Assembly (NCBI GenBank): GCA_017460365.1
Contig: JAFUBE010000786.1
Span: 1 to 42,767, forward strand
Reading direction: 5' to 3'
Length of the DNA: 42,767 bases
Source: Eggerthellaceae bacterium
GTDB lineage: Bacteria; Actinomycetota; Coriobacteriia; Coriobacteriales; Eggerthellaceae
How positions within the stretch are numbered: the first letter of the stretch is position 1; each line of letters begins with the position of its first letter. Under the pieces are notes generated by a model that saw only the letters and a list, made by a program, of their open reading frames with translations, had not been told where the DNA came from and made no database searches. The translations under genes and the position numbers were made by a program. Positions 34,543 to 42,767 of this stretch are shown in pieces.

Positions 34543-36564
34543 CTACTCCGCGGCGTACGGGTTGTAGACGTACTTGACGGAGATGGCTGCGTCGCTGGCA
34601 GGGGCGGTGGTGAAGGTGACATTCTTCCCGGAGACCGCATAGGCGTCAGCACCGACGACCTCGCCTGCGACGGTCACGGAGTCGAGCTCGCCGTCAAGCG
34701 GGGCGTGCGAGAGGGCGAACTGCTTCTTGGAACCGGTGCCGGTGAAGTTCTCGATGACCGAGGTGCCGGTGCGGTGGTTGGTGTAGCCAAGCTCGCGGGC
34801 CTGGACGAACGCCTCGGTCATGGTGCCGACGGTCAGCGTGATGTTGGACGCGGTCTCAGACTCGACGTGCTCGATCGCGATCGCCGAGAAGGGGTTGCGG
34901 AGGGCGCCGGAGCAGCGGGTCTCGATGAGGTACTCATGCTTGTTGTAGTCGATGTTGAAGTCGTCGAACATGTTGACCGCGCCGCCCTTGTCGGCACCGA
35001 CGCCGTAGTCGGAGAGGTTGACGATGATGCCGTCAAGATAGCGGACGGTGCCGTTGACCTCGCGGCTCAGGCCCTCGAGGACGGGGACGGTCACAATCTT
35101 GCTGACACGAAGCGCGGTCGCAAGCTTGGACTCGGAGTCGTAGATGATGCGGCCGTTGAGGTCCTCGAGGAGGAGCAGGTCGGTCAGCATATCCTCGGTG
35201 GTAAACAGAGTCGGGTTGCCAGCGCCACGGTAGTCCTTGCGCGCCTTGACGCAGGAGCGGATGAACGCCTTGGCCTTCTGGTCCGCGGTGGTCGAGGAGG
35301 GCAGGGTCAGGAGCGCCTTGATGGTGAAGAGGTCGGCGTCGGTCCAGATGGGACGGATGTTGAGCTCGTCGATCTTGGCCTCGTCGGAAGCCTCGCGACC
35401 GTCGCCAACGAGAATGGCACGAGCAAGCTCCTCGTCAAGCTGGCCACGCATCTCGCCCTTGATCCAGGCGACGACGTCGAAGTCGGTAATATCAATGACG
35501 TCATCACGGTCGAGCTTCTGGACCTTGTAGATTGTCTTGGGGAGGGTCGAGCGACGCAGGAGCGAGAACACCTGCTCCTTCTTCAGGTTGCCCTTGATGT
35601 AGCCCCTGGCCCTTGCCTCGTCCTCGGTGAGGTTGGCGAACATCGACTTTACGCGGGAGAACGGGGTGTGGTGCACGCCGTTCATGACGGTCTTGACCCA
35701 CTCCTGCGGGCGAGTGATCCACGAGGGAGGGTTGTCAGCGCCCTTGGGCTCGGGGAACAGCCAGTCGATCTCCTCGATGCCGTGCTCGATGACGGCGTCC
35801 TTCAGGGAGCCGCCGCGCTTGGCGTCGGAGAAGATGGACTCCATCTCGGAGTGGGAGAGGTAGTCGTTCTGGTTGTCGTCCTGGTCGAACACGTTGTGCT
35901 TCACGCCGTCGTCCTCCTCGTTGTCGTCGGAACCGCCCTTCTTGGCGTCCTCAACTGCGTTTCCAATCAGAAAGTAAACAACCTGCTTCTGCTCGTCGGT
36001 GAGCTCGTTAAAGACGTCCTGAACGGTCTTCTCAGAGTTGTTAGGCATGGGTTTCTTGTCTCCTTCGGTATTGCTGGTCTCTTTGCTGTCGTCCTTCTCG
36101 TCGTTGTCAGCGTGCTCGAGGTCGAGGCTCTCGCCGGTGTAGATGACGGCCTCCTCCTCGGACATCTCGCCGTGACGGATCACGGACTCGATCATCGCCC
36201 CGGGGTTCGCGCCGGCCAGGACGAGCGACACCTCGCGGATGGCGCCGTGGAGCACGTCACTGCCCTTCTGGCTGAGCCTGTTGGCATAGATGCTCATCGA
36301 GACGATGTCGCCGTGCTCGACGAGCTGCTTGGCGTTCTGCCCGGCCGCGGTGTCGTTGAACGAGCCGTACGCGTAGACTCCCTCGTTTCGGTTCTCGAGA
36401 AGGACGTGCCCGAGAACTTGGTTGGGGTCGTTGTGGTCGTGGTTCCACACAAGAGGAACGACAGCCCCGTCGCAGTCCTTGAACGCGTCAGGACGGATGA
36501 TTCGCCCGTCGGAGCATCGAACGTTGTTCTTGGTGGCCCAGCCCTTGAAGTCGTAATTCTTCAT
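34543..36564 (-). CDS. prohead protease - acidic scaffold linker - HK97-fold major capsid - Ig-like domain fusion
   Basis: 673 aa. N-terminal S78/U35-like protease (VPLVWNHDHNDPNQVLGH..., EVSLVLAGANPGA). Acidic linker EHADNDEKDDSKETSNTEGD. Capsid region ...DVVAWIKGEMRGQLDEELARAILVGDGR... C-terminal ~100 aa are beta-rich. Confidence 0.75.
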   Translation of the reverse strand: MKNYDFKGWATKNNVRCSDGRIIRPDAFKDCDGAVVPLVWNHDHNDPNQVLGHVLLENRNEGVYAYGSFNDTAAGQNAKQLVEHGDIVSMSIYANRLSQKGSDVLHGAIREVSLVLAGANPGAMIESVIRHGEMSEEEAVIYTGESLDLEHADNDEKDDSKETSNTEGDKKPMPNNSEKTVQDVFNELTDEQKQVVYFLIGNAVEDAKKGGSDDNEEDDGVKHNVFDQDDNQNDYLSHSEMESIFSDAKRGGSLKDAVIEHGIEEIDWLFPEPKGADNPPSWITRPQEWVKTVMNGVHHTPFSRVKSMFANLTEDEARARGYIKGNLKKEQVFSLLRRSTLPKTIYKVQKLDRDDVIDITDFDVVAWIKGEMRGQLDEELARAILVGDGREASDEAKIDELNIRPIWTDADLFTIKALLTLPSSTTADQKAKAFIRSCVKARKDYRGAGNPTLFTTEDMLTDLLLLEDLNGRIIYDSESKLATALRVSKIVTVPVLEGLSREVNGTVRYLDGIIVNLSDYGVGADKGGAVNMFDDFNIDYNKHEYLIETRCSGALRNPFSAIAIEHVESETASNITLTVGTMTEAFVQARELGYTNHRTGTSVIENFTGTGSKKQFALSHAPLDGELDSVTVAGEVVGADAYAVSGKNVTFTTAPASDAAISVKYVYNPYAAE

Positions 36565-36571
36565 TTACTCG

Positions 36572-37804
36572 TTAAACCTCCTCTTGCGAAATATCCGGTC
36601 CATTCGCTTCGGCGTTCTGGGGCTGGTTCGGCTGGCTGAGGTTCGGGTTGTCGAGGACGTCCGCCTTGTCGCTCATGGACGGCTTCATGCCGATCTTCTG
36701 CCTGAGCTCATTGGAGGACATGATCTCGTTACGCCTCATCCTGTCAGCGATGTCGGCGAACTTGCTGACGGGGACGAGCCTGAACGGGTCCCTGAAATAT
36801 AGGATTGACTGTCGCTGAGAGATCGCGGTCTTGCTTAGGAACTTGCGCTTCATCTCATCGACGATTGCCGAAATGATTGGCTCGATGGTCCTTGAGTAGT
36901 AGTTGAGCATCGTCTCTTCGTTCGCGGTCCCGTCGAGGATGCTCTGCGTGATGCCAAGCTGGCTGTAGAGCATATTCGTCAGGTACTCGATCTGTGAGAG
37001 GATGTTGTTCTCAACCGAGCGGTTCAGCTGCGTGATGTGCTCCGTGGCGTCGGTGTAAGCGATTCCGTACTTCGAACCCGCAAGCTGATTCTCTATGTCT
37101 TTGCGTCGGTTCTCAGCCTGGACTCGTCGGGCCTCCGTCTTGATGGTGTACGGCAGCTGGATGATAAGGTCTAGCTTTCCCGAGCTCGTCTGCTCATCGA
37201 CGTTGTCTAGCAGCGCTAGTTTGTGCACAAGGCGCTGCATGGTCGATGACGGCTCGTTAATTACGGCGTAGAACGGATTCTCGACGATGGCAACCGATTG
37301 CTTAGGAAGGGTAATCTCTTCCTTCTTGCCAGTCCTGTCGTTATAGAGAAGGACTCGAACGTGCCTCGGCTGCCACCGGACGACCTTACCAGTCCTAAGC
37401 GTGACGATGTCGTATGACGTCGACACGGTCGGGTCGAGCGTGGTGTCTACGGGGACGATGGCGACATGCCCCTCGTCGAGCATCGACATTACGACGTCCT
37501 GAATGAATGCGCGGCTCGTCTGGTCGATGTTGGCTTCAAGGTTGAGACAGCGGTTCAGCCCGGACTTGATTGGTTCGAGGTATCTTCCATCCTCGTCGAG
37601 CCTTACGTGCTCGATTGAGATGGACGCCGCATCCGTGGCGATTCGGTTGTAGACCGCCGTGATGATGGACTTCTCGTTGCCCCTGGTGAACCTGACACGG
37701 TCCGGTCGGTAGCTGTCTATGCTTCCGCCATACGTCCACGCGGTCATCGGCTTTTCATCGATAAACGCGTTCCAGCCGTGCTTAAGGCGGTCTAGAAAAC
37801 CCAT
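36572..37804 (-). CDS. portal protein
   Basis: 410 aa. GGAGGAAATTCAAA-ATG. Size and position upstream of the protease-capsid gene. Confidence 0.65.
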   Translation of the reverse strand: MGFLDRLKHGWNAFIDEKPMTAWTYGGSIDSYRPDRVRFTRGNEKSIITAVYNRIATDAASISIEHVRLDEDGRYLEPIKSGLNRCLNLEANIDQTSRAFIQDVVMSMLDEGHVAIVPVDTTLDPTVSTSYDIVTLRTGKVVRWQPRHVRVLLYNDRTGKKEEITLPKQSVAIVENPFYAVINEPSSTMQRLVHKLALLDNVDEQTSSGKLDLIIQLPYTIKTEARRVQAENRRKDIENQLAGSKYGIAYTDATEHITQLNRSVENNILSQIEYLTNMLYSQLGITQSILDGTANEETMLNYYSRTIEPIISAIVDEMKRKFLSKTAISQRQSILYFRDPFRLVPVSKFADIADRMRRNEIMSSNELRQKIGMKPSMSDKADVLDNPNLSQPNQPQNAEANGPDISQEEV

Positions 37805-37863
37805 TTTGAATTTCCTCCATGGTTTATAAAGGGCAATCTGGGTTATACGCGCCCATTCATTGC

Positions 37864-38028
37864 CTATGTTTCATCTCTCCACAGGGGAAGAGGCAACACG
37901 TCCGGGACGCTTTCTCGAGCAGAGATGTCTCTGTCCACGCGTTTTAGCGCATCAGAAAATAGCGAACGAACAATACCGATGGCGGCCAATAAAACAGCAC
38001 ACCCATTAATGCGTCTGTTATTGTCCAT
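37864..38028 (-). CDS. possible small membrane protein
   Basis: 54 aa from ATG 38028 (GAGGA 5 nt upstream, inside the end of 38018..39193). Hydrophobic GCAVLLAAIGIV. Confidence 0.3.
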   Translation of the reverse strand: MDNNRRINGCAVLLAAIGIVRSLFSDALKRVDRDISARESVPDVLPLPLWRDET

Positions 38029-39193
38029 GTTGATCCTCATACAGTATTTTCCTAACGTAGTATGGAGAAACGCCAACCGTATCGGCAATCTTATCTATGC
38101 TATTGCCGGATGTAGCAGCTAGTGATCGTATTTGAGCATCTCGAGATGCATGCTGCGATTCAGACTCGCGCTTACGCTCTGCCGACTTCTGCTTTCTCAC
38201 AGGGTCGTTAACCCAGTCGCTGGCTGCACCAGCTGCGGATGCTATGCCGACGGCACCAAGTGCCCAACCATATATGCTATGTGATGCCCACCAACCCAAG
38301 TATCGAGCGCCCAATATAGCACGTTCGCGATGGTCGGCTTTAACCATCTCATCGACTGGAACAAGTCGATACGAAGCATTTTTAACAATGTCACGTCCGT
38401 TTTCAACTTGTCCGCCAAAGAAGATGGTCGGAGCTTTCGCTTTGAACCCACCCTTGATGTCGTTGATGTCAATGACGGCGTCATAACCCTTGTCGTGCAA
38501 ATGCTTATAGAATATGTCTTGAGCTCGTCTTGCATCTTTATCGTCAGCGATCAAGCCTTCGCGATTAAAACTCTCATAAGATCCACGAAACCGGTTAATT
38601 GCAAGCTTTCTAAATTCTGGATTCGTTTTTAACAGTTCGTGATAAGCTTTATCTCCACTAGCAATTGAAGCAACTTTTGCTCCCTTTGTCTTGATTGTAA
38701 TCTCATGCACAGGCTTCGAATCATTTGGATGAAACTGTGCTTGCTGTTGTCTTCTTAGATTACCGAGAAGACCAACATACTTTGCTTGATCACGCTTTTT
38801 TGTCGTCGCATAAAACGCTCTGTCGTGCAAATGCGTAGGGTCGTCATCAACGGTAATGCGTTTAATGGGCGTGTCCTCTGGTATGTACTGATCGAGAACA
38901 TACTTATTCGCATAGTGAACTGCCCCAGCAACAGCAACAGTCACAGCAACCGCGCCAAGCGCAATAGCGACCTTCTCACCGCGAATTCTAGACTCTGCAT
39001 GAGCACGTGCTTGTTCATCGGAATATCCTGAAGCTCTGTACTTTTCTTCCAATTTCTGACGGTGAGTCTTCTTCGTTCCGTCTTCATTGTAACGTCTTTT
39101 TCCGGCTTCGGTGAGCGTTCCATCCTTATTCTGGAAACGACGAACACCCCACTTCATGCCCTTGATACCATGGTGATACAAATAATCGGTCAT
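38018..39193 (-). CDS. GIKGMKWG-leader paralog 1 (two TM segments, C-terminal HTH-like motif)
   Basis: 391 aa. GGGAGG RBS. ATGA overlap with the terminase stop. N-terminus MTDYLYHHGIKGMKWGVRRFQNKDGTLTEAGKRRY. TM segments IALGAVAVTVAVAGAV and WALGAVGIASAAGAA. C-terminus GNSIDKIADTVGVSPYYVRKIL. G+C is locally about 40-45% (two 60-nt lines counted). Confidence 0.65.
   Translation of the reverse strand: MTDYLYHHGIKGMKWGVRRFQNKDGTLTEAGKRRYNEDGTKKTHRQKLEEKYRASGYSDEQARAHAESRIRGEKVAIALGAVAVTVAVAGAVHYANKYVLDQYIPEDTPIKRITVDDDPTHLHDRAFYATTKKRDQAKYVGLLGNLRRQQQAQFHPNDSKPVHEITIKTKGAKVASIASGDKAYHELLKTNPEFRKLAINRFRGSYESFNREGLIADDKDARRAQDIFYKHLHDKGYDAVIDINDIKGGFKAKAPTIFFGGQVENGRDIVKNASYRLVPVDEMVKADHRERAILGARYLGWWASHSIYGWALGAVGIASAAGAASDWVNDPVRKQKSAERKRESESQHASRDAQIRSLAATSGNSIDKIADTVGVSPYYVRKILYEDQHGQ
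39129..39193. repeat. direct repeat (5' end of paralog genes), copy A
   Basis: 61 of 65 nt identical to 42501..42565. Confidence 0.85.
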
Positions 39194-40926
39194 TCAAAAG
39201 CCTCCCGATTGAGCTTGTATGCGACGAAGGCGTCCATCATGGCAGCGACGGAGTCAATCTTCGCTTCGTATCGCTTCTTGAGGAGCTTCCTGTTTCCGTT
39301 GGTGTCCTCAATGGTTATGCAGTTGCCCATCGCGAATGTCATGAGTTCCTCGTCAAACAGGAGCATCCTCTCCTCGGCCAACTTCTTCAGCTCGCCTAGC
39401 GGGACAGACTCGGTCTTTGAGCCCTGGATGACCTTCTCGACGCCGTAGTTACCGTTCTCGGCGCACCATCGCTCGACGAACTCTCTCGCGTTGTACGGGT
39501 CGTATCCGAACGTCCTGACGTCGTAGCCGACGCGCTCGATGTACATGTCGAGGTCGTCGTAGACCTCCATCATGTCGAGGATCGTCCCGTTGAGCACGAT
39601 GAGGCTGCCCTCGTTCATGAACGACTCGTACTTGACGCGCATGGCGGCGGGCAACTTCGAGAAGGTGAGCTCGGAGATGTAGCATCTGGTCTTCACGCCG
39701 AACTCGCCGTTCCTCAGAGGGAACAGGAACGTGAACGCGCAGAAGTCGTTGCCCTGGGAGAGGTCCGCACCCATCGAGCACGAGAGTTGCCAGAAGTCGC
39801 GTCGACCATGGGGGAGTGTTTCCTCGTAGGTAAAGTAATAGGTGAATCCCTCGGTCGGGATTCCGAACCTCTTCGCGAGAATATCGTTCCTCGCGGCTGG
39901 CGCCTTCTCGGCACGCTCGACGTCTAGCTGGTATGTCTCGTACGTGACGGTATGGCCGAGGTTAGGGTTCGCCTTGACCCACATCTCCGGGTCGGCGACC
40001 TCCTTGACGTCGTCGAGACGGTACCACCAGATGGACACGTGTGGGTTGTCGTACTCGCCCTTGAGGATGTCCATCAGCTCCATTTTGATTGTGTCGCCAG
40101 CACCGTTTCGTACAGTACCCTCGGACGACGTCGCGACGATGAGGTAGTCGTCGACCTTGGATGCTCCCTGCTCGATTGCTCCGATTACGTCCTCACGAAT
40201 GTCCCCAGAGAGCCACTCGTCTACGGTCGCTATCTTGCAGCGAAGTCCCTGGAGCTTGTCGATAGACATCGGTCGAATCTCGAGAAGGGAGTTCGTCAGG
40301 AAGTTCTCGACGCCCTTCTTGGTAGACGAGAGCTTCTGACGATTGGCCCTTGAACCGGTGGTGTTCTGCAGCGAGCCCTCAGTCAGGAACTTGAACAGCG
40401 GGCCTCTTGCCCTGGCTATCGCCGTCCTGATAGGGCTCATGACCTCCTCCGACTGTTTCATTGTCGGGGCGGTCGTGATTTGATGAGTCGTCGAAGTGTC
40501 GACGTTGAGGGCGTACCCCTGAATCAGGGAGTCATACAAGGACTTGGCCGCCCCTCGCCCGATGATCAGGTACTGCTTGTTCGTGAGGCGCTTCTTGACC
40601 ATCTTGTTGACGTACCGCTTCTGTTTTGGGTCGAAGACAGTGCGCTCGACGAAGTAGTACCACCCAAACACCTGCTCTGCCCACACCTTGAAAGTGTCGA
40701 GCAGTCTGAGGTCTGACCCGTCGGTCAACGTCATCTCAGCTTCCGAGAACCGGACCCATCCCTCGACGGCATCTGGGTCGTAATAGACCCCAGGATTCGC
40801 GATGAGCCGGTCGATGCGGTTCATCTCCATCGAGATCTCGCGGTTGACGGGAATCTCGCCGACAAGAACCTTGTCACGGAAGCGCCCGTAATACTTAGGC
40901 GTGGCCGTGTTCGATAGTCTGCCCAC
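39190..40926 (-). CDS. terL: terminase large subunit
   Basis: 578 aa from GTG 40926 (GGAGGTGACC-GTG). N-terminal KYYGRFRDKVLVGEIPV. P-loop-like IIGRGAAKS. Typical size. Confidence 0.8.
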   Translation of the reverse strand: MGRLSNTATPKYYGRFRDKVLVGEIPVNREISMEMNRIDRLIANPGVYYDPDAVEGWVRFSEAEMTLTDGSDLRLLDTFKVWAEQVFGWYYFVERTVFDPKQKRYVNKMVKKRLTNKQYLIIGRGAAKSLYDSLIQGYALNVDTSTTHQITTAPTMKQSEEVMSPIRTAIARARGPLFKFLTEGSLQNTTGSRANRQKLSSTKKGVENFLTNSLLEIRPMSIDKLQGLRCKIATVDEWLSGDIREDVIGAIEQGASKVDDYLIVATSSEGTVRNGAGDTIKMELMDILKGEYDNPHVSIWWYRLDDVKEVADPEMWVKANPNLGHTVTYETYQLDVERAEKAPAARNDILAKRFGIPTEGFTYYFTYEETLPHGRRDFWQLSCSMGADLSQGNDFCAFTFLFPLRNGEFGVKTRCYISELTFSKLPAAMRVKYESFMNEGSLIVLNGTILDMMEVYDDLDMYIERVGYDVRTFGYDPYNAREFVERWCAENGNYGVEKVIQGSKTESVPLGELKKLAEERMLLFDEELMTFAMGNCITIEDTNGNRKLLKKRYEAKIDSVAAMMDAFVAYKLNREAFE

Positions 40927-40997
40927 GGTCACCTCCGCAAATATCGCAAGCCCTCTTACGGAGGGCTTTGGCCAACAACAAACAGAAAGGAACAAAG

Positions 40998-41354
40998 ATG
41001 AACAACTACGAGTTCGACCAGCTTCGCATCAACGCAAAGAGGAAGGTCATCGCTGTTCGCGACGAGATCGCCGCAGTGACCAGAAGAACCGTGGAGTGGG
41101 CAACCGAGAACCCTGATTTGGCAATGTCAGTCATCGGCGCAACCATCTTCTTCACCAACAAGGCGTGGAAGATCGGCAACGCCGTGGCGGATACGCGCCA
41201 CCAGAATTCGAAAATCTACGACCACTCGCTCGGCATGTACTGGGAGCTGAGGCATCCGCTCACGACCAACGAAAGGATCGCCATCGAGCGCAGACGGAAG
41301 AGCGGTGAGAGCTACGGGCAGATTCTCAGCGACATGAGGCTGTTGAAGCGCTAG
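40998..41354 (+). CDS. plus-strand small membrane protein (the only convincing + strand gene)
   Basis: 118 aa from ATG 40998 (GAAAGGAACAAAG-ATG). Hydrophobic LAMSVIGATIFFTNKAW. Followed by its own terminator. Confidence 0.6.
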   Translation: MNNYEFDQLRINAKRKVIAVRDEIAAVTRRTVEWATENPDLAMSVIGATIFFTNKAWKIGNAVADTRHQNSKIYDHSLGMYWELRHPLTTNERIAIERRRKSGESYGQILSDMRLLKR

Positions 41355-41376
41355 AAGATTTCCAGAAAGACGGGGT

Positions 41377-41409
41377 CTTGCGTAAACATCGCAAGGCCTC
41401 TTCTTTTTT
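41377..41409 (+). terminator. intrinsic terminator (possibly bidirectional)
   Basis: CTTGCG-TAAACAT-CGCAAG followed by GCCTCTTCTTTTTT. Confidence 0.7.
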
Positions 41410-41941
41410 ACTTGTCCTTCAGCACCGAGTAAATCGTGACCGCACTAACTGCAATAGAGGAAGCAGCAGCGACGTACTGAAGGCCTGTTGCGACACGCTC
41501 CATCGCCGTTGGCTCCTCGGTAAGCCTTGTGTAATTTGTCTCCATGTTGAGACGGTTGATGATCTGCTGGAGTTCCTTGTCAGAAGTACGCGCCATCTCC
41601 TCTTGAGTGAGGGTCTTGTGGTTGCCGGCGTAACGATTAGACGGCTTTCCGCTCTTCGCAATATCGGAAACCGTGTTTGCAATAGTGTGTGCGCTCTTAT
41701 CAATCTTGCTCATGCGCTTGACGTCTTTGTCATTGACAGAATTCAAACGCTGCTTGGCTCCGCGCACACGACTGTAAGTTTTTGGGGCAAGGGCATCAAA
41801 GTCAGACTGAGAATAGTATCGCTTCTTACCAGCCTCGGTCAAAGTTCCGTCGGTATTCCTGAACCGTCGGATGCCCCACTTCATGCCTTTGATGCCGAAG
41901 TGACACAAATGATTACCGTTAATCGCGTTTGGCGTAAACAT
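41408..41941 (-). CDS. GIKGMKWG-leader paralog 2 (C-terminal TM)
   Basis: 177 aa from ATG 41941 (AAGGGA 8 nt upstream). ...HLCHFGIKGMKWGIRRFRNTDGTLTEAGKKRYY... C-terminal hydrophobic LQYVAAASSIAVSAVTIYSVL. Confidence 0.6.
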   Translation of the reverse strand: MFTPNAINGNHLCHFGIKGMKWGIRRFRNTDGTLTEAGKKRYYSQSDFDALAPKTYSRVRGAKQRLNSVNDKDVKRMSKIDKSAHTIANTVSDIAKSGKPSNRYAGNHKTLTQEEMARTSDKELQQIINRLNMETNYTRLTEEPTAMERVATGLQYVAAASSIAVSAVTIYSVLKDK

Positions 41942-41953
41942 GGCAATCATCCC

Positions 41954-42565
41954 TTAATTGTCAAGTTCGGCTAGTGCTCTCATCGCACCCAATCCAGCAC
42001 TGGCAACAACGATAGCCCCGATTGAGACCATCGTGTCATGACGAGTAAGATCATCGATGATTTGATCACCGTACTTTTCACGCATAATTCTATCGGTTTC
42101 CCTGCCGGCGTCGATAAGTGGCTTGTTCATACCGAAGAATGAATATACATACTCGTCACTAACAAGTCTCTTGGGGAAAGTCTTTTTGGCCCATGCGATC
42201 TGATTGTTCTTGTATCGTTCTTTCCGGTCGCTAACGTAATCCTTACGAACAATCTGCTCGTCACGTCTACGTTCTAGCTTCTTAACAGCATCGTCGGACG
42301 CGCCAGAAGCCTTGGCAATGGCAAGCTTACGCTCAGAACGGTCAATCGCTCTATCCATTCTGCGATTATACCGTTCGTTATCTCGGTCAAGACTCTTGCC
42401 AATACGCTGCACTTGCCGGGTTCGGAATCCTCTAGCGAAGCCAGCGTCGGCTTCGCCATAGTATCGCTTCTTACCCGCAGGCGTAAGTGATCCGTCTGTG
42501 TTCTGGAACCGGCGAACACCCCACTTCATGCCCTTGATGCCGTGGTGATACAAATAATCGGTCAT
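41954..42565 (-). CDS. GIKGMKWG-leader paralog 3 (C-terminal TM)
   Basis: 203 aa. AAAGGAGAATCA-ATG. MTDYLYHHGIKGMKWGVRRFQNTDGSLTPAGKKRYY. C-terminal MVSIGAIVVASAGLGAM. Confidence 0.65.
   Translation of the reverse strand: MTDYLYHHGIKGMKWGVRRFQNTDGSLTPAGKKRYYGEADAGFARGFRTRQVQRIGKSLDRDNERYNRRMDRAIDRSERKLAIAKASGASDDAVKKLERRRDEQIVRKDYVSDRKERYKNNQIAWAKKTFPKRLVSDEYVYSFFGMNKPLIDAGRETDRIMREKYGDQIIDDLTRHDTMVSIGAIVVASAGLGAMRALAELDN
42501..42565. repeat. direct repeat (5' end of paralog genes), copy B
   Basis: 61 of 65 nt identical to 39129..39193. Confidence 0.85.
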
Positions 42566-42579
42566 TGATTCTCCTTTGA

Positions 42580-42767
42580 CTATCGGTACTTGTCGGGGCT
42601 GTATCCTCTGGAAAGCATGGTTGCTTCGCGTCCAACGTGACGACCCAACGTACTGCCGAGAGTTCCAACCGTGCTTGCCCCAATGCCTGCGATAATAGTG
42701 ACGGTGGAGTCATCAATACTCATGTCTCCGTGTTCACGAAGAATATCTCTTGTTATTTGACCAGCCC
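42580..42767 (-). CDS. possible 3' end of a gene entering from beyond the window (or a 47-aa ORF from ATG 42723)
   Basis: The frame is open from the window edge: ...AGQITRDILREHGDMSIDDSTVTIIAGIGASTVGTLGSTLGRHVGREATMLSRGYSPDKYR*. Confidence 0.3.
   Translation of the reverse strand, partial: AGQITRDILREHGDMSIDDSTVTIIAGIGASTVGTLGSTLGRHVGREATMLSRGYSPDKYR

Noticed and set aside
34207-36639. 810-aa + strand ORF. Similar long + strand ORFs occur at 1723..2796, 8844..9833, 15890..16702, 17177..18016, 20073..20777, 28268..29131, 30505..31404 and 32742..34229.
   Set aside because: Each lies antisense to a minus-strand gene with clear protein motifs. Their translations are V/G/D/L/R/A-rich low-complexity strings with no SD. 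These are the shadow ORFs expected in GC-rich DNA.

Overview
The window reads as one nearly complete tailed-phage (siphovirus-like) genome or prophage. By eye it is about 57-60% G+C, and every convincing gene but one lies on the minus strand. From 42.7 kb downwards on the minus strand the order is:
- AT-rich 'GIKGMKWG' paralogs and the large terminase
- portal and a prohead-protease/scaffold/major-capsid fusion
- two connector proteins, major tail protein, chaperones and an 1844-aa tape measure
- a lectin/adhesin-rich tail tip with a collagen-like fibre and an embedded glycosyltransferase
- holin plus amidase endolysin, then a five-gene post-lysis accessory block
- a ~400-bp repeat-rich non-coding hub
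- small genes, each in its own promoter-terminator cassette
- a family of paralogous membrane proteins
- a replication module dominated by an SF3 helicase - AEP primase - PolB fusion

I recognised no integrase, repressor, small terminase, tRNA, rRNA or CRISPR array.

The most unusual signals are:
1. A strictly strand-specific, heavily over-represented motif, KGATATTY on the coding strand. AATATC occurs 82 times on the + strand and its reverse complement 0 times (hand count).
2. Eight copies of one promoter design, two of them driving ORF-less hairpin-terminator units.
3. Three low-GC paralogs that share a conserved N-terminal leader and flank the terminase.

All functional calls rest on motif recognition by eye. 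No database search or computation was run.
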